IMG/VR virus record: IMGVR_UViG_3300030099_005838
Origin: a virus
Length of the DNA stretch: 64,000 nucleotides
Reading direction: 5' to 3' (one strand)
Part shown: positions 59,701 through 64,000 of the stretch, one piece after another
How the letters are laid out: each line of letters starts with the position of its first letter
Numbering within the stretch: the first letter of the stretch is position 1
The notes under the pieces: generated by a model
The model's database searches: none
What the model saw: the letters and a program-made list of their open reading frames with translations, nothing else
What the model was told of the DNA's origin: nothing
Position numbers and translations under genes: made by a program

Positions 59701-62577
59701 TCTGCAGATGATATTGAGTTGAAGGGTAATGCGGTAATTTTCAATATTTCAGATGGTTTTGTAACAAACGCTGGCGGAGCAATGACCATACAAGGAACTG
59801 GTAATGTGGTATTGGATGCTGGAGCTGGTGCTGATGAAGTTACATTAACAACAACATCACTTACAACAACAGTACCCTTTACAGGTTCAAGTGCTACATT
59901 TTCAGATAATGTAGAAATAATAAGCAGTAATGCATCAAATACAAAATTATTAATTGAAAATAACCATGCAAGTGCAAACGCTTTATTGCAGATTGATTCT
60001 TCAAATGATAGAGATTCAGTTATTCAATTACTTGAAAATGGTACTGCAAAATGGGATATAAGAAATGATGGTAATGATTCTGATAAATTAAAAATATCTG
60101 ATGATGGTCTTGTTAGAGTTACCTTAGATCAATCAGGTCAATTCGGCATCGGCACCACAAGTCCTCAAAAAGATTTACATCTTCATCAAAACAACAGTAA
60201 TACATTATTTGAAGCGCTTACAATCCGAACCAACTCAGCCGGAGAAGGATTAACTTTAGGTATTAATTCTACAAACGATGGATTTATTACCAGTCAAGTG
60301 GGTACAGCTCTAAGATTAGCTGGTGATAGTCAATCATATGCAACCGGTCATTTGTTGATTTACTCTGGCTCTGGTGATATAGAAGCCGTCAAAGGAAACA
60401 TAAGTGGTTCATCAACCTCAACCGGTTCGTTTGGAAAACTATTAGGTGATGGTAGTGATTTAACAGGTATAACTTCTTTCGCTGGTTCAGCCGGAACTGA
60501 AACATCTTTTAGTGGCTCAGCAGCCTCAACTGGTTCGTTTGGTGCAATAGGAATATTGACTCCTCCTACAAAACCATTTCACATAAATTCTTCAGGTGTA
60601 CACAGACCTATGCTTATTAAGTCTACAGGAGATCAAAATACGTTTATCGTAATGGATTCTAATAGGTCTGGTGCTGCATCTTTTACGGGTGGTATTGTTG
60701 GAAAATGGAACGGAACAGAAGTTTCATCTATCTATTTCAGAACTGGTGCTGATACAACAAATAAAGACGACGGATACATATCATTTCAAACTGCTGGCGA
60801 CGGTTCAGCATCTGAAAGAATGATAATTACAACTGGCGGAAAAGTTGGAATCGGAGGTCAATCACATGCAAATGTTGATGGCCTACTTCATGTTCATACC
60901 GGTACTGCAGGTTCTGTAACTTCTCCAGCTGTCGCAGATGATTTAGTTGTAGAAAATAGTGATCATGCAGGAATATCGATATTATCACCAGATGATAAAT
61001 TTGGAACATTAGGCTTCGGTAGTCCATCAGACTCAATAGCGGCTATGGTAAGATTCGATGAAGCCAATAAACGAATGATTATTGGAACAGTTGAAGGAAC
61101 AAGTGCTGGAAACATAAGGTTTGTTGTTGGAAATGAAACTACTGCTGCAGAAATTGATAGCAGTAAAAATTTAACATTATTTGGAAACATAAGCGGCTCA
61201 TCAACCTCAACTGGTTCTTTTGGTTCATTGGTTGTTGCTGATAAAGTACAAGGTGATTTAACAGTTGTTGGTAATGTAGTGGCTGAACAATACATTATAT
61301 CATCTTCTGTGACTCATCTGACTCAATCGTTTAGTAGTGGTTCAACCATATTTGGTGATACTTCAGATGATACCCATCGATTCACAGGTTCATTAAATGT
61401 TGATGGAAATATACAAAGCACTTCAGGTGATAATTTAAGTATCGGTACATCTTGGTCACCCGCTGGAACTTATGGAGTAGGCCGCTTTCATGGAGCACAT
61501 AACGGTGGTGGTACTCGTGTTATGTTCAGTAATGCTAATAGTAGTGTTAGATACGGTATTGTCATGCATGGTTCAGATACAGGAACTGCCGATAAGTTAG
61601 GCATCGGTTTGTTACTGAATGAGAATGCTACTTTTGCAAATGCATCTCCAGCAATGACGATAGATTCTAGTAAAAACATCGGGATGGGAACTCAAAGTCC
61701 TTCCACTAAACTGCATGTTTTTAGTTCAGGAAATGGTGGAATAGAAATAGATGGTTCAGGTGGTGCTCCAACACTATTTTTTGATATTCCTGGTAATGAA
61801 CAAGGAAGAATTTACTTTCAAGAAGATGATACACTACTCGGTGGTATAGTTTATGAGACAACAAGCACAGATTATTTGTCTTTTAGAGTAGGAGGTTCAA
61901 GTGCTAATGTTGAAAGACTTCGTATCACAGGTGATAATAAGATAAGTGGTTCAGCAACCTCAACTGGTTCGTTTGGTTCAGTTGAATCTGCTGGAAATAG
62001 TAGAATAAAAGGATTATTAAATGTTGAGGGTTCAAATGGTTTTGCAATAGGTTCACTTGCAGATGTAAAGAGAATTGATTCTGCAGGAAGTAGTAATAAT
62101 ACATTTAGATTCTTAGCAGCTAACGGACAATTTACAGGTATACATGCCAAACAGGCACTTTTTACTGATAATGTTATAGTCGCTGGTAACGTAAGCGGTT
62201 CAGCAACCTCAACTGGTTCGTTTGGTGCATTATCCGTACCTGGTCAGGCCACCATAGGTAGTGTGGTAGAAGCGTCTTCTATTATGTATAAAGAAAATGT
62301 CAAACAGATAGAAAGTCCATTAGAAAAGATAACAAAACTTCGTGGTGTAGAATTTGATTATAAAAAAACTAACGAACATAGTATAGGTATGATTGCAGAA
62401 GAAGTAAATGAAATATTTCCTGAACTTGTTGCAAAAAATGAGGATGGGGATGTAACTGCAATGTCTTACACAAGAATGACTGCGGTGTTATTAGAAGCAG
62501 TAAAAGAATTATCTGCTGAAGTCAAAGAACTTAGGAAACTTAATAATTATAGTAAATCAGGAGATAAAAAGAAATGA
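53800..62577 (+). CDS. Long modular fibre protein with C-terminal intramolecular chaperone (peptidase S74-like)
   Basis: 2925 aa; 18 SGSxxSTGSFG joints; GIGTTSP motifs; N(V/I)AIGxxAL repeats at about 58850-59600; C-terminal SSIMYKENV...LEKITKLRGVEFDYK...IGMIAEEVNEIFPELV. Confidence 0.85.
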   Translation: MPSWKKVITSGSNAALNHITSSGNISGSATSTGSFGQLDLLSKGSLRINQGGRGDEGSGNNNGITLFQSTTFTGNLTTTANLFSRIFDDNKLVLANHFNNAGGGISLRTMAGGSQNSAIDIAGNTGITTINKGLVVRDSATINTDLIVTGSISGSSSSTGSFSRAEIAGTGKFGKIGINVSNPGEALEINAGKLKFSGHASGFGAGMIGMTSNFLALVGGSNGIVINGDSNGLDKNSFTFTAAKISGSSTSTGSFGRLELGQSNGAPMAVYGNVGTAGIRLENYKGYLEIDPHTSTVNITSNKNEIQFQNRIGARFGITGYSTSDLVFFTNSGNTTHATFSPTTGTSFTQNITGSGNLEIAGNISGSSTSTGSFGMGYFNQLGILNKNPSIQTSDADDLVIGDGASGVSRGITIFTSAGNSLGSIRFSDDTSGSSRRRGEIRYDHADDTLTLAASKTEVLEITSGGGLEVLTGNISGSSTSTGSFGTLETHANSSSSFGGRLKITGDIIPENDNKWRLGVLAGFGAWKEIHSYQLNLNNGTITGQNGGDIHLKAGSGPTGQLFLARSGGGNGVGVHTNSPNSNTFHVAASGGIFSENNISGSAGSTGSFGSVHTSGQIGIQTTAPKKALTVKASGNDDGIALLASNGQFAALLHQQDNDAGMLRLHDDSSTTKIAFNADDGADSFINNGGSFGIGTTSPDGLVHAFSGNASQTANAAANQLIAENNTNAGVSILSGTSHSGAIYFGDSGNAKIGTIIYDHGDEQLRIGVNDAVILTLTDSKISGSSTSTGSFGKLSVGSGNITTSGNMVLDADGAQIRLQDGGTEFGRISRVSSDLVIKSISNNNDILFKGVDGGGTITALQLDMSEGGNAIFSGNATVPGTLAVDTNTLYVDSSANKVGIKRIDPQFELDVIGDIRATGDVIAKRYVISSSVSHITSSFSSGSTIFGDTIADTHRFTGSLSVTGSGDKVFEVASFSGAVPRFRIDNDATNTIGINTTPSTGLVAIRSTGNDANQLSFLNGAGTHTGGFYDAGGRLILQLKNSSGATKVNIEPGGDSYFNGGNVGIGITSPEGLLHIFTADASIAPNVDADELVVENSGNAGISILSGNTSNGAIYFGDAQDNNIGMIDYDHALNKISLTAGATTLPVFSVTSNTAEFGPTVLKVSGSSTSTGSFGSLVISDAIQGGGNVKGGDFQISANDLVVDGLANATERGLVIKHSGMTSNTVSLVQDANNSRGELNTKNRSLFIQAGTDGFGSGERFRILVNQIASQDILNDGTVLFPVANQKISGSSSSTGSFGHLFIGHKTGNGHAKIRLSAEADTSGERAIEFFEGSFNRWRIANRGANGNFNIERSTDGTTFESTPVLSIEKSSGNVEFPVANQKISGSATSTGSFGRIDVAGKLFVGGSEVGAGGGGGSADNLGNHTATQDLDLNSKSIKNIIHITGSGNISGSTTTTASFGSLQLHGKTIHTTKASKVGLGTTNPLGNKLHIHVGDSGTDTVTTNSSLVIESNTNNFIQMLNPNGNNSGIIFGEHNDIDIASILHDGGDNSLRFNVAAAERIRINGSGNVGIGTTSPSKTFHVYANVSSDYAALVENDQATSGHGLQIHSDGNGSGTILFDVDAAGSSRFRVRGDGSVLVGFTTSQAEKLAVNGDFRATGNISGSSTSTGSFGHVMQDGKGLPPQFTTGSSIFIGENAGASDDGSNNRNIGIGKNALDAATTGHLNIAIGDDALTDVTTGNHNVAIGFESQKDTTGGNNTSVGYNSLEFNTSGNNNVAIGYAAAGGFTYSGADNVAIGFAALGGNNVSGDFNIAIGKQALYANTTADDNLAIGDFALTSVGTDANSSRNLAIGSEALRHIVYTAGSSGFNNTALGWNAGTRFGDNAGNLTSASYGVYIGHTTYPLENNSYNEILIGSQVRGKGSNTATIGDGNITDIYLSQDQGATVHTGNVSGSATSTGSFGRVFSADDIELKGNAVIFNISDGFVTNAGGAMTIQGTGNVVLDAGAGADEVTLTTTSLTTTVPFTGSSATFSDNVEIISSNASNTKLLIENNHASANALLQIDSSNDRDSVIQLLENGTAKWDIRNDGNDSDKLKISDDGLVRVTLDQSGQFGIGTTSPQKDLHLHQNNSNTLFEALTIRTNSAGEGLTLGINSTNDGFITSQVGTALRLAGDSQSYATGHLLIYSGSGDIEAVKGNISGSSTSTGSFGKLLGDGSDLTGITSFAGSAGTETSFSGSAASTGSFGAIGILTPPTKPFHINSSGVHRPMLIKSTGDQNTFIVMDSNRSGAASFTGGIVGKWNGTEVSSIYFRTGADTTNKDDGYISFQTAGDGSASERMIITTGGKVGIGGQSHANVDGLLHVHTGTAGSVTSPAVADDLVVENSDHAGISILSPDDKFGTLGFGSPSDSIAAMVRFDEANKRMIIGTVEGTSAGNIRFVVGNETTAAEIDSSKNLTLFGNISGSSTSTGSFGSLVVADKVQGDLTVVGNVVAEQYIISSSVTHLTQSFSSGSTIFGDTSDDTHRFTGSLNVDGNIQSTSGDNLSIGTSWSPAGTYGVGRFHGAHNGGGTRVMFSNANSSVRYGIVMHGSDTGTADKLGIGLLLNENATFANASPAMTIDSSKNIGMGTQSPSTKLHVFSSGNGGIEIDGSGGAPTLFFDIPGNEQGRIYFQEDDTLLGGIVYETTSTDYLSFRVGGSSANVERLRITGDNKISGSATSTGSFGSVESAGNSRIKGLLNVEGSNGFAIGSLADVKRIDSAGSSNNTFRFLAANGQFTGIHAKQALFTDNVIVAGNVSGSATSTGSFGALSVPGQATIGSVVEASSIMYKENVKQIESPLEKITKLRGVEFDYKKTNEHSIGMIAEEVNEIFPELVAKNEDGDVTAMSYTRMTAVLLEAVKELSAEVKELRKLNNYSKSGDKKK

Positions 62578-64000
62578 CGATGTTCATATCAAGTTCATCA
62601 ACCTCAACTGGATCTTTTGGCTTAGCACAATCAGAATTTGTACAGCATAGAGTTTTAAAAGGTTGGTATCAAGGTAATAATATATATGATTTACCAAGTG
62701 GCGGTAGTGCAGGAATTAGGATTGCACCACCAACACCCGCGAGTGGTAACAGCTCCCTACCTATTCAATTTACCAACAATGCTGTCCAAATACAAAGAAG
62801 TCATAATACTCTTAGATTGGAGGCTTTTCAAGGATCCGTTGCAATATATGACACACTTAATACAGAAACAATTGCTACATTTGGTAGAAGTGGCCTTACT
62901 TTTAGTTTGGGAAGCATATCAGGTATTACTCATGTATCAGCTAGCGGTAATATAAGTGGTTCATCAACCTCAACTGGTTCGTTTGGTACATTACGAGTTG
63001 GTACTAATGTAGGAAGTTTATCTTCAGGTTTAGTATTTGGAGATGGTGATACTGGTTTCTACGAACATGCTGACGATGATGTATTTTTCAAAAGAGGTGG
63101 TAATACTGTATTTAGAGCAAATACATCTTCACAATTAGACTTTGGTGTTCAACATTTATTTTTTAATACAACTGGTGGTTTTTTTATTACTACAGGAGCT
63201 GGTAGTGCAGCAGCACCAAACTATGTATTCAGAGGTGACCAAGATACAGGTATGTTCCGTATTGATGCCGATAGACTTGGTTTTAGTGCTGGTGGAGCAT
63301 TACAATTAGAAATATCTTCAAATAAAATAAGTGGTTCAGCAGCCTCGACTGGTTCATTTGGAAGAATAGAGGTACATTCTAATACTGGTTCGTTTGCACA
63401 TATTGAAAATTCTTCAAATATCAGAACTGCAAAATTATCGTTGACTGGCGGAGGTGGTGGAGACACTACATTTGTAGTAACAAATTTTGGCGGTGGTAAT
63501 TTATTGACATTGACAAATGCTGCAACATCTATACTATATGATGGTAGGCACGGACAATCTGTCGCGGGTTTATATTTTAATGTAAATAATACAGCTATGT
63601 TGGGTAACTTGGCATCATCCGCAACAGTACCAGCATTTAAATTTAAAGGTGATACAGATACAGGATTAGGTCGTGCAGATTCAAATCAATTATCATTAAT
63701 TACAGGTGGTGTAGAAGCTTTAAGGGTAACAGAAACATTGATAAGTGGTTCAGCAACCTCAACCGGTTCGTTTGGTGAGTTACAAGTCAGAGGTGCTGGT
63801 CAAGAAAAAATAAGTTTATTTGGAAATGCACAACAATTTATAAACTTTGGTGATGCCGCAGATAGTAATACTGGTATGATACAATATGACCATAATAATA
63901 ATCAGTTTCAATTTTATGCTAATGCTACAAATATATTAAGAGTTTTAGGTAGTGGATTTGTATTACCTTCTTCTAATGAAGGTGTTAGTTTAGGTTCGAC
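62574..64000 (+). CDS. Further modular fibre protein (3' end outside window; absent from the ORF track)
   Basis: ATGA overlap with the upstream stop. I read the frame open to base 64000: MTMFISSSSTSTGSFGLAQ...; it contains four repeat joints. Confidence 0.8.
   Translation, partial: MTMFISSSSTSTGSFGLAQSEFVQHRVLKGWYQGNNIYDLPSGGSAGIRIAPPTPASGNSSLPIQFTNNAVQIQRSHNTLRLEAFQGSVAIYDTLNTETIATFGRSGLTFSLGSISGITHVSASGNISGSSTSTGSFGTLRVGTNVGSLSSGLVFGDGDTGFYEHADDDVFFKRGGNTVFRANTSSQLDFGVQHLFFNTTGGFFITTGAGSAAAPNYVFRGDQDTGMFRIDADRLGFSAGGALQLEISSNKISGSAASTGSFGRIEVHSNTGSFAHIENSSNIRTAKLSLTGGGGGDTTFVVTNFGGGNLLTLTNAATSILYDGRHGQSVAGLYFNVNNTAMLGNLASSATVPAFKFKGDTDTGLGRADSNQLSLITGGVEALRVTETLISGSATSTGSFGELQVRGAGQEKISLFGNAQQFINFGDAADSNTGMIQYDHNNNQFQFYANATNILRVLGSGFVLPSSNEGVSLGS

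Larger units (their letters stand above)
52370..63776 (+). repeat. Dispersed in-frame ~36-nt repeat family, consensus ATAAGTGGTTCA(T/G)CAACCTCAACTGGTTCGTTTGGT (ISGSSTSTGSFG), 24 copies in three genes
   Basis: Copy starts: 52370, 52706; 53872, 54253, 54532, 54889, 55222, 55594, 56143, 57292, 57664, 57952, 58150, 58786, 59656, 60400, 60508, 61189, 61942, 62191; 62586, 62952, 63327, 63741. Confidence 0.9.

Noticed and set aside
62686-62955. 89-aa plus-strand ORF in the track
   Set aside because: Out-of-frame overlap within the real ORF starting at 62574.
53872-63776. CRISPR array interpretation of the ~36-nt repeats
   Set aside because: Spacers are 70 to over 1000 nt, variable and protein-coding in frame; repeats are degenerate; no cas genes are present.
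17103-64000. Diversity-generating retroelement acting on the fibres
   Set aside because: No reverse transcriptase in the window, and no template/variable repeat pair differing only at adenines was seen. A remote DGR cannot be excluded.
1-64000. Stop-codon reassignment
   Set aside because: All recognisable genes are full-length in the standard bacterial code and coding density is very high.
1-64000. tRNA or rRNA genes, introns or inteins
   Set aside because: Intergenic gaps are short with no cloverleaf-like sequence seen; terminase, portal, primase and capsid genes show no obvious insertions of intein or intron type.

Overview
An AT-rich 64-kb segment of a large T4-like (myovirus-type) bacteriophage genome, almost entirely coded on the + strand. 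In order it carries a baseplate gene cluster (gp6-like partial at the left edge), a short replication/recombination block (Holliday junction resolvase, TOPRIM primase, fused SbcD-SbcC/Mre11-Rad50), one minus-strand ribbon-helix-helix gene and a 4202-aa fibre-like protein. Next come a 1451-aa multi-enzyme protein (P-loop kinase, HxGH nucleotidyltransferase, ligase-like domain) that looks like a head-packaged polyprotein, and the head module (terminase, portal, prohead protease, scaffold, major capsid protein) with a phage ribosomal protein bS21 gene inside it. The window ends with neck genes and a run of fibre genes that continues past the right edge. Main unexplained structure: (1) 24 copies of a ~36-nt in-frame repeat (ISGSSTSTGSFG) with conserved synonymous codons, which divide three consecutive fibre genes into cassette-like modules; (2) the kinase/nucleotidyltransferase/ligase polyprotein punctuated by candidate prohead-protease sites; (3) two structured intergenic elements upstream of the scaffold gene and the largest repeat-bearing fibre gene; (4) an intergenic ATATTTAT(A/T) promoter-like motif that is the reverse complement of the T4 late promoter. 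Family assignments come from motif recognition by eye, with no database searches. The host cannot be determined from this window.
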